From: Acidobacteriota bacterium
GTDB lineage: Bacteria > Acidobacteriota > Thermoanaerobaculia > UBA5066 > Gp7-AA6
Assembly (NCBI GenBank): GCA_046735265.1
Contig: JBKPSZ010000011.1
Coordinates: 1 to 49,001 of the forward strand
DNA length: 49,001 nucleotides
Direction: 5' to 3'
Below are positions 10,505 to 19,260 of this stretch, one piece after another. Within the stretch, counting starts at the first letter, position 1; each line of letters opens with the position of its first letter. Position numbers and translations under genes: made by a program. A model generated the notes under the pieces. The model did no database searches and was not told the DNA's origin. It saw nothing but the letters and a program-made list of their open reading frames with translations.

Positions 10505-10971
10505 AGCCGGACCCCGAAGCTCAGCCCGTTCCGGCTGCTAGGCAAGATGAGCTCCGGGTGATTCTGGACGTCGGCCGCCCAGTGTTCGAGGAGCTTTCCG
10601 AGATCGTAGTCGGCGAAGCCGTTCTCGTCGCGTCCGCGGACGGGCGAGACCGTATCGATGTGAACCTGCCCTCCCCATTTGCTGTTCACGAGAACGTGCA
10701 GGCTGTCGAACGAGTTGACCTCACGGAAGCAGACGTCGTTGGGGTGCAGCCGCGAGCCGAGCACCGTGTCGGCTGCGAAGTGATAGTTGAGGTTGATCAA
10801 ATTCAGGAAGGAGCGGAAGACGTTCACGGGCCCGCCCGGATCCTTTTTCCAGATGAACTCGATCTTCGTGAGCTTCTGGTCCTTGGGCGCTGTAATGTCG
10901 TTGCTGAAGCTTTCCAGAGGGATCCCGAGCTGATTCAGCCGGTTCACGATCAACCCGACCGGGTCGCCCAT
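10501..10971 (-). CDS. Hypothetical protein, lower GC than flanks
   Basis: 156-aa ORF with natural composition; no family recognised. Confidence 0.7.
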   Translation of the reverse strand: MGDPVGLIVNRLNQLGIPLESFSNDITAPKDQKLTKIEFIWKKDPGGPVNVFRSFLNLINLNYHFAADTVLGSRLHPNDVCFREVNSFDSLHVLVNSKWGGQVHIDTVSPVRGRDENGFADYDLGKLLEHWAADVQNHPELILPSSRNGLSFGVRL

Positions 10972-11022
10972 CGCCCCCCCCGGGAGCGTCCCGCGAAGTG
11001 GCGGAAACGGTCCGAATCGAAG

Positions 11023-11044
11023 TCTATATCAGAATTGATATAGA
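11023..11044. promoter_or_regulatory. AT-rich palindrome, putative operator
   Basis: TCTATATCA-GAAT-TGATATAGA, perfect 9-bp arms in a divergent intergenic region. Confidence 0.55.
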
Positions 11045-11170
11045 GGTGCTGCGGCTCCCCCCGGTGGCACTTTGGTGCCATTCGGTCCAGCACCCAGTGG
11101 CTATTGAACCTTTCCTCACGAAGTCTTAACGTCCTCTCATCTCCTGAGCGCATTTCGAGTGATGAATTCG

Positions 11171-11530
11171 ATGACCCCGACGAAGTCGGAGCCGGTCGAC
11201 GCCGCAGCGGCCCTGCCGCCGGCCTCGAAGACGGCCCCGAGATCCCAGCCCGTCCGGCCGGCTGCGACCGAGCGCGGAGCTCCGATCGAAGTCGTCGCGA
11301 ATCGGACGCTGGAATCGGGCCGCGTCATCCTCTACGAACGGCTGACCGGCGTGGCCGCGCGGGAGCGCGCCCGGGGCACGGAGCCGCAAGGCGCCGGCAT
11401 GCCCGCCGAAGAGGTCGCGAGAGTGGAGTATTTGGAAGTCTGGAGCACTCCCCCGCCCGCCAATGGCTACGACTTCCGCATGTACTCCTTCGGCGGAGCC
11501 TTGCTCGCCACCCGATCCACCCGCTCCTGA
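11171..11530 (+). CDS. Hypothetical protein
   Basis: ORF fills the gap between divergent/convergent genes; start could be 11162. Confidence 0.6.
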   Translation: MTPTKSEPVDAAAALPPASKTAPRSQPVRPAATERGAPIEVVANRTLESGRVILYERLTGVAARERARGTEPQGAGMPAEEVARVEYLEVWSTPPPANGYDFRMYSFGGALLATRSTRS

Positions 11531-11585
11531 TTCCCCCGCGCGTCCGCGCGCCCCCTCCGTTCCGGTTGAAGCTTTCGCCTTTCGC

Positions 11586-12203
11586 TCAAGCCAGCGCGGG
11601 AGCGGTGCTGCGAACCGCCTCGAACCGCTCGGCGATGTCCTGCCAGTTCCAGACGCTCCAGACGGCCTCGAAGAAGTCGACCTTGCGGTTCTGGTACTGC
11701 AGGTAATAGGCGTGCTCCCAGGCGTCGAGCACCATGATCGGGAGCCCGCCCTGCGCGAGATTCGACTGGTGGTCGTAGATCTGCGTGGTCAGCAACCGCT
11801 GGGCGACCGGCTCCCAGATGAGCGCCGCCCACCCGGAGCCCATGATCGTGCCCGCGGCCTGCGACATCTGCTTCCGGAACTTCTCGAAGCTGCCGAAATC
11901 CTTGCGGAGCGCCTCGGCGAGCTCTCCCTCGGGACGCCCTCCGTTCTTCGCGGCGAGATTTCGCCAGAAGAGTGAGTGGAGCACGTGCCCGGAGAGGTTG
12001 AAGGCGAGCGCCTTTTCGAGCTTGCCCAGGCTCGAGAAGTCCTCCTTGGACCGCGCCTCGTCGAGCTTTTCGAGCGTTTCGTTGGCGCCCTTGACGTAAG
12101 CACCGTGGTGCTTGTCGTGGTGCAGCTCCATGATGCGCCCGGAAATGTGCGGCTCCAGGGCGGCGTAGTCGTACGGGAGTTCCGGCAGTTCGTAAGTGGA
12201 CAT
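11586..12203 (-). CDS. sodA: Superoxide dismutase Fe/Mn family
   Basis: [31 protein letters not shown]; AAGGAG RBS; metal specificity not determined. Confidence 0.95.
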   Translation of the reverse strand: MSTYELPELPYDYAALEPHISGRIMELHHDKHHGAYVKGANETLEKLDEARSKEDFSSLGKLEKALAFNLSGHVLHSLFWRNLAAKNGGRPEGELAEALRKDFGSFEKFRKQMSQAAGTIMGSGWAALIWEPVAQRLLTTQIYDHQSNLAQGGLPIMVLDAWEHAYYLQYQNRKVDFFEAVWSVWNWQDIAERFEAVRSTAPALA

Positions 12204-12214
12204 CGGTTTTCTCC

Positions 12215-13138
12215 TTATGCAAATCGGTCGTTGCGATCGTTTCGAATTCCCTTTCCGGAAAGCCCCGCCGGGCCGACTCGAGGATGCGCTTCCGCCGCGC
12301 GGGCGGCCTCGGCCAGACGCACGCGAAACTCCTCGGCGGTGGACAGACGTCGCGCCGGGGCCTTCTCCAGGCAGTGCAGCACGAGTGCATCGAGCTCGGC
12401 CGGAAGATCCGGCGCCACGCAAGTCAAGGGCTCGGGCTCGTCGAAGAGGATCCGCTGGAAAAGCTCGCCGATGCCCTCACCCGGGAAGGGGCGGTGGCCG
12501 GCGAAGAGCTCGTAGGCGACGATCCCGATCGCGAAGACGTCGGCTCGCTGGTCCACCACTCCCCCTTCGATCTGCTCGGGGGCCATGTATCCCAGGGAAC
12601 CGATCGTGACGCCGGGCCGAGTCATGGACTGGTCTCCTCCGATCCACTTCGCGATTCCGAAGTCGAAGATCTTGATCGACCCGTCCGACAGGAGCCGCAG
12701 ATTCGACGGCTTGATGTCCCGGTGCACGATCTCCCGGCTGTGCGCGTATGCCAGACCGCGGGCGGTCTCATCCAGGATCCGGAACTTGTCGGTGTCGGAA
12801 AGGGGCGGGCCGCCGCCGAGGCGCGTCGAGAGATCCTCGCCGTCCAAGAATTCCTGCACGAGGAACCAGGGGGGATCCACGTCCTGGAAGTCGAAGATCC
12901 GGACGATGTTCGGATGGTCGAGTCCGCCCGCGAGCCTCGCCTCGCGCGCGAACCGTTCGCGGACCGACGTGTCCTCGCTCTCGCACGTTTTCAGGGCGAC
13001 CTCGCGGCCGATCGAGGGATCCCACGCACGGTAGACGTTGCCGAACCCGCCCGTGCCGATTCGCTCCTGGATCTCGAATCGGCCGAGTCTCTCCCCCGGT
13101 TCGCGCTCCCGACGGCACTCGCTCATCACGCTCGCCAC
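12215..13138 (-). CDS. Hanks-type Ser/Thr protein kinase (kinase domain only)
   Basis: [26 protein letters not shown]. Confidence 0.93.
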   Translation of the reverse strand: MASVMSECRREREPGERLGRFEIQERIGTGGFGNVYRAWDPSIGREVALKTCESEDTSVRERFAREARLAGGLDHPNIVRIFDFQDVDPPWFLVQEFLDGEDLSTRLGGGPPLSDTDKFRILDETARGLAYAHSREIVHRDIKPSNLRLLSDGSIKIFDFGIAKWIGGDQSMTRPGVTIGSLGYMAPEQIEGGVVDQRADVFAIGIVAYELFAGHRPFPGEGIGELFQRILFDEPEPLTCVAPDLPAELDALVLHCLEKAPARRLSTAEEFRVRLAEAARAAEAHPRVGPAGLSGKGIRNDRNDRFA

Positions 13139-13145
13139 CGGGACC

Positions 13146-14285
13146 TCAGGACGGAGACGGGGGTTCGGCGTGGACGAGGGAAGGTTTCGAGACGGGGGGT
13201 CGCGCGATCTCCTGCTCGGGACCGGGGCGGCGCGATCGCGCGAAGTCGGAGAGGCTCATGGGCCGTCCGGCGTCGGCGGAACGGAGAAGCGCGCGGATCA
13301 CGCGAACGTCGGCGAGCCCTTCGCGGCCGGACGGTTCCGGATCGCGCCGCGAGAGAACGCAATCGGAGAATTCCACGAGCTCGGCGGCGAACTGGTCGCG
13401 CTTGCCGAAACGCCGTTCGCGCGTCTTGCCTCCCGTCGTCACGCTCAGATGGAGTGGCTCGGCGTATTCGTAGGCCGGATCGAGACGCAAGTCCCCCTTC
13501 GTGCCGACGAGCTGGTACCAGCCGGCGTCGGAGGCGCCGAAGCTGCAGGTGAAAGCCGCGAGGCGGTCCCCCGGAAATCGCAGCACCGCGCTCGCGGTCT
13601 CGGCGACGCGGCGGAAGCGGCGCTCCCGCGAGCTGGCCCTCCACGCCATGACCTCCAACGGCTCGGCGCGGAAGAGGTAGCGCGCGGCGTTGATGCAGTA
13701 GATGCCGATGTCGTACAGCGGTCCGCCTCCCTGCTCCTCCCCCTGGAGCCGGATGTTGCCGTGGGCCACCTGCATCGTGAAGAGCGACTGGAAGACGCGC
13801 GGATCTCCGATGCGGCCGGACCGGGCGAGGGCGACCGCTTCCAGGTTCCCCTTTTCGAAATGGAGGCGGTAGGCGGTCATCAGCCGCACACCGGCCTCGT
13901 CCGCCGCCCGGATGATGTCTTCGCACTCCTTCTCCGTCACCGCGAGCGGCTTCTCGCAGAGAACGTGCTTTCCGGCGCGCGCCGCGGCGACCGCGTAGTC
14001 GCGGTGCAGGAAATTCGGCAGGGCGATGAAGACGGCGTCGATGTCCTGGTCTTCCAGGCACGCCGCGAACTCTTCGTACGAGTACGTCCGGGACACCGAG
14101 TATTTCTTCGCGAGACGCCGGAGCTTCACCGGATCGCTCGACACGAGAGCGGCCAGCTCGGAATTTCGCCGCGCGTGCGCAAAAGCGGGAAGGATGGCGA
14201 TCTGCGCGATGTAGCCGAGACCGACGACCGCGTAACGGACGCGTTTCGGCTCGTCGCGTGGCTTTCTCGTGGGTCGGACGGGCAT
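13146..14285 (-). CDS. Gfo/Idh/MocA oxidoreductase (glucose-fructose oxidoreductase-like)
   Basis: YAVVGLG, HVLCEKP, AYRLHF, GGPLYDIGIY; GGAGG RBS. Confidence 0.92.
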   Translation of the reverse strand: MPVRPTRKPRDEPKRVRYAVVGLGYIAQIAILPAFAHARRNSELAALVSSDPVKLRRLAKKYSVSRTYSYEEFAACLEDQDIDAVFIALPNFLHRDYAVAAARAGKHVLCEKPLAVTEKECEDIIRAADEAGVRLMTAYRLHFEKGNLEAVALARSGRIGDPRVFQSLFTMQVAHGNIRLQGEEQGGGPLYDIGIYCINAARYLFRAEPLEVMAWRASSRERRFRRVAETASAVLRFPGDRLAAFTCSFGASDAGWYQLVGTKGDLRLDPAYEYAEPLHLSVTTGGKTRERRFGKRDQFAAELVEFSDCVLSRRDPEPSGREGLADVRVIRALLRSADAGRPMSLSDFARSRRPGPEQEIARPPVSKPSLVHAEPPSPS

Positions 14286-14308
14286 CGGCACCTCCCGGGA
14301 AGCGTCTC

Positions 14309-14324
14309 TGCAAGAAGCAGTCCC
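14309..14324 (-). promoter_or_regulatory. sigma-54 -24/-12 promoter (gfo-kinase-sod)
   Basis: GGGACTGCTTCTTGCA; GG-N10-GC with weaker -24. Confidence 0.55.
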
Positions 14325-14359
14325 ATCCCTGCGGCGAGTCCTCGCTCCGCGCCGGACTG

Positions 14360-14375
14360 TGGCACCTCGGTTGCA
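14360..14375 (+). promoter_or_regulatory. sigma-54 promoter (hydrolase)
   Basis: TGGCACCTCGGTTGCA, consensus match. Confidence 0.8.
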
Positions 14376-14553
14376 AGCTTCGAAAAAAGAAGCGCCGCGC
14401 GCTTCCGGAGGACGCCTCGACCGCGACGACCGACATGCAGAGCCAGCCCGCGATCGGACATCCTCCGATTCCCGCTCTCCTCCCGGAGCCGCGAAACGGC
14501 CTCGATCGACACCCCGTGTGCCCGACCGCGCTCCGTCCCGCCGCCGACCGGCG

Positions 14554-15456
14554 ATGAATCTCTCCGCACGCGCCCGCGCCTCGAAGGCCCGACTCGAACG
14601 CCTCGCGCTCTTCGCCATTCGCTCGGGATTCGCCGCGCTCGATCGGATCAGCCCTTGTGTGGCCGCTCAGTGCGCCGAGACGCTTCTCCGCACGCCGCCT
14701 TCCGCGCGCCTGACCCCGCGGGAACGGCGCCTGCTCGGTTCCGGCCGGCCCGGGTTCTCCCGAACACCGGTCGGCCGACTCGCGCTCTGGCATTGGGGGG
14801 AAGGCCCCGCGATTCTTCTCGTGCACGGCTGGGGAGGCCACGCGGGACGGCTGGCGGAGTTCGCGGCGCCCGTGGCGGCGCTCGGCTTTTCCGTGATCGC
14901 GTTCGACGCGCCGGGGCACGGGGCGTCGAGCACGCGCTTCGGGACGATCTTCGAGCTGATCGACGCGATTCGCGCGCTCGACGACCGATACGGCCCCTTC
15001 ACCGGCGTCATCGGGCATTCTTTGGGCGCGAGCGCCGCGGTCCTCTCGATGCGTCGAGGTGTGACTTTCGAGCGCGCGGTTCTGATCGCACCTCCCGCGG
15101 ATCTCGGCGCCTATCTGCCTCGCTTCGCCCGGCGCTTCGCGCTTCCCCAGCGCACGCGGGAGCTCCTGAAGCAGCGTCTCGAGGATCGCTACGGAATCCG
15201 CTGGGAACGCCTGCGTCTCGCCTCGATCTCGGGCCCGCCGCCGAAGACCGCGATGCTCGTCTTCCACGATTCGCGCGACGCGCGCGTCCCGCTGCGCGAC
15301 GGCGCGGCCATCGCGCGCACGTGGCCGGGCGCCCGGCTCGTGCGCACGCAGGGATTGGGGCACCACCGCATTCTCCGCGACCGCGGAGTCATCAAACGGA
15401 GCGCGGACTTCCTCCACCGCGCAGCGCTTCGCGCTCTCGAGGCCCGAGCGGGCTGA
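14554..15456 (+). CDS. Alpha/beta hydrolase
   Basis: LVHGWGG, FDAPGHG, GHSLG nucleophile, HDSRD, GLGHHRIL. Confidence 0.9.
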   Translation: MNLSARARASKARLERLALFAIRSGFAALDRISPCVAAQCAETLLRTPPSARLTPRERRLLGSGRPGFSRTPVGRLALWHWGEGPAILLVHGWGGHAGRLAEFAAPVAALGFSVIAFDAPGHGASSTRFGTIFELIDAIRALDDRYGPFTGVIGHSLGASAAVLSMRRGVTFERAVLIAPPADLGAYLPRFARRFALPQRTRELLKQRLEDRYGIRWERLRLASISGPPPKTAMLVFHDSRDARVPLRDGAAIARTWPGARLVRTQGLGHHRILRDRGVIKRSADFLHRAALRALEARAG

Positions 15457-15497
15457 CCCCGCGCCGGCCCCGCGTCGGGGGTTATGCTCGACCCGGG

Positions 15498-18407
15498 ATG
15501 AGACTCGCCAGAGGGGTTCGGACGAGCGCCGGAATCGCGCTGGCAGGGCTGGTGCTCAGTGCTCTCGTGGTCGTCACCTACCGAAACGTCCGCGGCGTGA
15601 TCGAGGCCGGGCGCTGGGTCGAGCACACCCGCGACGTCATCGGGCAGCTCGACCAGCTGCGCGCGCTCTTGAAAGAGGCCGAGTCCGGCGCCCGCGCGTA
15701 CGTCCTGACGGGCCAGACGGACAGCCTCGAACCCTATCAAGAGGCCCTGATCGAGGCTCCGGCGTTCGGTGAACGCATCGAGTCGCTCGTTCGGGATAGC
15801 CCGGAACAACTCGCGCGGGCAAAAGACCTCCGTGTTCACCTCGCCGAGAGGCTCGATGCCCTGAAGCAGATCGTCGCGGCGCGCGACTCGGGAGGCCTCG
15901 AGGCCGGTGCCCGGTCGGTCGCCGAGGGGCGCGGAATGCGGGAGATGGAGGTCGTGGAGCAAGTCGCCGACGACATGGTGGCTGCCGAGCGCTCGCTCCT
16001 ATCGACGCGAACTGGAAACTTCGAGCGGGTGGCGCGGGAGGCGCTGATCGCGCTCGCGATCGGCGCCGTGCTCCTCTTCGTCTTCCTCGCGCTGATCGGA
16101 GCGCTCCTGCGGATGGATCTCCTGAAGCGGCACGAGGCGGAAGAACAGCTTCGCCTCTCCGAGGCCGAGATGCGCACGACGCTCCGCTCGATCGGCGACG
16201 GCGTGATCGCGACGGACACGTCGGGCCGGATCGTATTGATGAACACGGTGGCCGAGAACTTGACGGGCTGGCCGGAAGCCGAGGCGATCGGCCGCGCTGT
16301 CTCGGAAGTCTTCCGGGTCGCGAGCGAGACCACCGGGGAGCCGGTCGAGAACCCGATCACTCGGGTCCTCGCCGAAGGTCGAGCGGCCGGTCTCGCGAAC
16401 CAGACGGTCCTGATCCAGCGGACGGGAGAGCGCATCCCGATCGCCGACAGCGGCGCCCCCATCCAAAACGACTCGGGAGAGATCAAGGGCGCGGTCCTCG
16501 TCTTCCGCGACATCGCGGAGAAAAGGTCCGCCGAACGCGATTTGCAGCGGCTCGCGGCGATCGTTTCTTCCTCCGAGGACGCGATCGTGGGAGAGACGCT
16601 CGACGGCAAAATCACCGACTGGAACGCGGCCGCCGAGCGGCTCTTCGGCTATTCGAGCGCCGACGTGATGGGCAAGCACATCGGCCTGCTCGAGCCGCCC
16701 GAATTCGAGGAGTCGACCGGGGCCCGCCTCGGACGGATCCGTCGTGGCGAGCGCGTCCAGGTCTTCGACACGACGCGCGTCACGAAGGACGGCGGTCGCG
16801 TGCCGGTCTCGGTCTCGGTCTCGCCGATCCGGAATTTCGACGGCGCCGTCATCGGCGCTTCGAAGGTCGTCCGCGACATCACGGACCGCAAGAATGCCGA
16901 GATCGCCCTGCGCGCGAGCGAAGAGCGGTTCCGCGTCCTCTCCGACGCCGTCGCGGCTCTCGTCTGGGCCAGCGACGAGCGGGGCCGGTTGACGTACGTC
17001 AATCGGCCCTGGCGGGAATTCACCGGGCACGAGGAGGGGGGGACGCCCGACTCCTGGACCTCGATCGTCCATCCGGACGATCTGCCCGCCGCGCTCGCAA
17101 AGTGGCAAGTCTGCGTCGTGAACGGCGAGCCTTTCGTCGGCGACGTGCGCCTGCGGAGAAAGGATGGCGCCTACCGCTGGTTCGCGGCGCGGACCTCGCT
17201 CATTCCGAGCCGATCGGGCCCGATCTGGGTCGGCACGGCCGCCGACGTGGACGACTTGAAGACGGCCGCATCGGCGCTCCAAAAGGCCAAGGAGGCCGCC
17301 GAGGACGCGGCGCACGCGAAAGACCGCTTCCTGGCGGTGCTCTCGCACGAGCTTCGGACTCCTCTGACTCCCGCGCTCGTCGCGTCGCAGACCCTGGAGC
17401 GCCGTCGCGACCTGCCCGAAGACGCGCGCCAGTCCGCCTCGCTCATTCGCCGCAACGTCGAGCTCGAGGCCCTTCTCGTCGACGACCTCCTCGACCTGAC
17501 CAAGATCGCGCGCGGGATGGTCGAGATCCGGCGCCAAAGCGTGGACGTTCACGAGCTCGTCCGACAGGTCGCCGACATCTGCCGGAGCGACCTCCATGGC
17601 AGACGCCAGATTCTTTCGGTCGAGCTCGCCGCCGCCATTCATCACACCGAGGGGGATCCGGCGCGGCTCCAGCAGGTCTTCTGGAATCTCCTGAAGAACG
17701 CGATCAAGTTCACGCCGGTCGGCGGCTCGATCTCTCTGCGAAGCGAGAACCCACAGACGGAACGGATCCGCCTGTCGGTGAAGGACACCGGAATCGGGAT
17801 CCCCGCGGGGATTCTCCCGCGCATCTTCGATCCGTTCGAGCGGGGTCCCAAGACGATCAGCCCCCGGCTTTCGGGGCTCGGCCTCGGCCTCTCGATCTCG
17901 AGAACTCTGATCGAGCTCCACGGGGGGACGATCCGCGCCGAAAGCGACGGCGAGGGGAAAGGCTCCACGTTCTCCGTCGAGCTCGAGGCGTTCGTCGAGA
18001 AGGCGATCGCCCCGGCCGCTCGCCGAGACGACCAGCGGCGCGCCCGGAAGCTCGCGATCCTTCTGGTCGAGGATCACACCGACACCGCGGGAGCCTTGGC
18101 CGATCTCCTTCAGCAGGAAGGGCACACCGTCACGATCGCCGACTCGACGCAAGCCGCTTTGGAGGCGTTCCGCGCCAACTCCTACGACCTGCTCATCACC
18201 GACCTCGGGCTGCCTGACGGCAACGGGCACGAGCTGCTCGGACAGCTGCGCCGGATCCGTCCGGTCGAAGGGATCGTGCTCTCGGGATACGGGATGGACT
18301 CGGATGTCGCCAAGAGCCGCGCTGCCGGCTTCGCGCACCACCTGACGAAACCCGTTCAGATCGGCAAGCTGCTCAGTACGCTCGCCGAAATCGAAGTCTC
18401 GAACTGA
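15498..18407 (+). CDS. Hybrid sensor kinase CHASE3-PAS x3-HisKA-HATPase-REC
   Basis: WVEHT..V/AESGARAY (CHASE3), SHELRTPL, NLLKNAIKFT, DTGIG, GLGLGL, C-terminal REC LLVEDH..TDLGLPD. Confidence 0.93.
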   Translation: MRLARGVRTSAGIALAGLVLSALVVVTYRNVRGVIEAGRWVEHTRDVIGQLDQLRALLKEAESGARAYVLTGQTDSLEPYQEALIEAPAFGERIESLVRDSPEQLARAKDLRVHLAERLDALKQIVAARDSGGLEAGARSVAEGRGMREMEVVEQVADDMVAAERSLLSTRTGNFERVAREALIALAIGAVLLFVFLALIGALLRMDLLKRHEAEEQLRLSEAEMRTTLRSIGDGVIATDTSGRIVLMNTVAENLTGWPEAEAIGRAVSEVFRVASETTGEPVENPITRVLAEGRAAGLANQTVLIQRTGERIPIADSGAPIQNDSGEIKGAVLVFRDIAEKRSAERDLQRLAAIVSSSEDAIVGETLDGKITDWNAAAERLFGYSSADVMGKHIGLLEPPEFEESTGARLGRIRRGERVQVFDTTRVTKDGGRVPVSVSVSPIRNFDGAVIGASKVVRDITDRKNAEIALRASEERFRVLSDAVAALVWASDERGRLTYVNRPWREFTGHEEGGTPDSWTSIVHPDDLPAALAKWQVCVVNGEPFVGDVRLRRKDGAYRWFAARTSLIPSRSGPIWVGTAADVDDLKTAASALQKAKEAAEDAAHAKDRFLAVLSHELRTPLTPALVASQTLERRRDLPEDARQSASLIRRNVELEALLVDDLLDLTKIARGMVEIRRQSVDVHELVRQVADICRSDLHGRRQILSVELAAAIHHTEGDPARLQQVFWNLLKNAIKFTPVGGSISLRSENPQTERIRLSVKDTGIGIPAGILPRIFDPFERGPKTISPRLSGLGLGLSISRTLIELHGGTIRAESDGEGKGSTFSVELEAFVEKAIAPAARRDDQRRARKLAILLVEDHTDTAGALADLLQQEGHTVTIADSTQAALEAFRANSYDLLITDLGLPDGNGHELLGQLRRIRPVEGIVLSGYGMDSDVAKSRAAGFAHHLTKPVQIGKLLSTLAEIEVSN

Positions 18408-18449
18408 TTCGTCGCCGCGGCGCGGCGGGGCTTTCCGACCGGTCGCGGA

Positions 18450-18626
18450 TCAGAGCTGCGAGCGCAGGAGTCCCGCCGCGCGTTCGATCGCCTTTTGGTC
18501 CACGGGCGCCGGCGCGACGTTTCGAGATTCTTTCGGGGGAGATGGGGGTGAGAACCAAAAGACCACCAGAAGCGTCGCGACGATCGCGCCGACGGCGGTG
18601 GCCTTCCGGCTCGGAGGGCTGATCAA
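18450..18626 (-). CDS. Possible small single-TM protein (58 aa)
   Basis: TTG-started LISPPSRKATAVGAIVATLLVVFWF...; no clear RBS. Confidence 0.3.
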   Translation of the reverse strand: MISPPSRKATAVGAIVATLLVVFWFSPPSPPKESRNVAPAPVDQKAIERAAGLLRSQL

Positions 18627-18659
18627 AAGAGAGGCGGGCCCATCGCGGGCCCGCCTCTC
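18625..18659 (-). terminator. Intrinsic terminator
   Basis: GAGAGGCGGGCCC/GGGCCCGCCTCTC hairpin followed by TTTT on the minus strand. Confidence 0.8.
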
Positions 18660-18674
18660 CGCAAGACGGTGAGA

Positions 18675-18893
18675 CTACTCCTCTTCGTCGCTCTCCGATC
18701 CGGTTCCCCGGCGGCCGGGGGTTGGCTCGCCGCTCGGGTTGGTCTGCCCCGGGTACTCCTTGCCGCCCTGTCCCTGCCGACCAGGCTCGTTGCCCTGCCG
18801 ACCGGGCTCCTTCGACGGGGAGCCGGTTCGCGGCGATTCGGGTTCGTTCTCACGATGCTTGTCGTCACGGCGCAGATCTTCTCTTTCGGCCAT
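18675..18893 (-). CDS. Small hydrophilic disordered protein
   Basis: MAEREDLRRDDK...; AAGGAG RBS, own promoter and terminator. Confidence 0.8.
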   Translation of the reverse strand: MAEREDLRRDDKHRENEPESPRTGSPSKEPGRQGNEPGRQGQGGKEYPGQTNPSGEPTPGRRGTGSESDEEE

Positions 18894-18945
18894 GAGGTCT
18901 CTCCTTGAATTGAATACACGGCACCATGCCGCGCGCTGAAACGGC

Positions 18946-18961
18946 TGCAAGAAGCGTTCCG
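18946..18961 (-). promoter_or_regulatory. sigma-54 promoter
   Basis: CGGAACGCTTCTTGCA. Confidence 0.7.
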
Positions 18962-18977
18962 CGAGGCGAGCGAATGC

Positions 18978-19028
18978 AAAAAAATAGGCCGCGGTGTGCG
19001 GCCGCGGCCCGGGTGAAAGAACTGCCAC
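18978..19028 (-). ncRNA. Candidate sigma-54-dependent sRNA 1
   Basis: Promoter at 19039-19054, then about 18 nt, then GGCCGCGG/CCGCGGCC hairpin and T7. Confidence 0.45.
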
Positions 19029-19038
19029 TCGAAAATCT

Positions 19039-19054
19039 TGCAATCCGTCTGCCA
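19039..19054 (-). promoter_or_regulatory. sigma-54 promoter
   Basis: TGGCAGACGGATTGCA. Confidence 0.7.
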
Positions 19055-19096
19055 AACCAGTCACCTGACTTGCTCGGGCGCCTGGAGACGGCACCG

Positions 19097-19203
19097 GTCA
19101 TTCCGAGGAGTCTTCGACGAGGAATCCCGAGCTTCGACGCGCGATGCCATCTCGAGGTTCAGGCCTGCCGAGTCCGGGATCCCTCGCGATCGCTCGGGAT
19201 GAC
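19097..19203. repeat. REP-like palindromic element (GTCATTCC...GGATGAC type)
   Basis: GTCATTCCGAG..CGAGGAATCCC ... GGGATCCCTCG..CTCGGGATGAC nested inverted ends. Confidence 0.7.
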
Positions 19204-19260
19204 CCCTCGCCGGCGGGCGCAAGGGTCGCCCCTACTCAGACGCCGAATCGACCGTCACGG

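Noticed and set aside
10974-10981. G8 tract as a phase-variable frameshift joining 10950-11153 to 10501-10971
   Set aside because: More simply an RBS; the upstream frame spans palindromic promoter-like DNA
13038-15497. Apparent 820-aa N-terminal extension of the hybrid kinase
   Set aside because: Overlaps gfo (antisense) and the hydrolase; kinase-like sequence begins at ATG 15498
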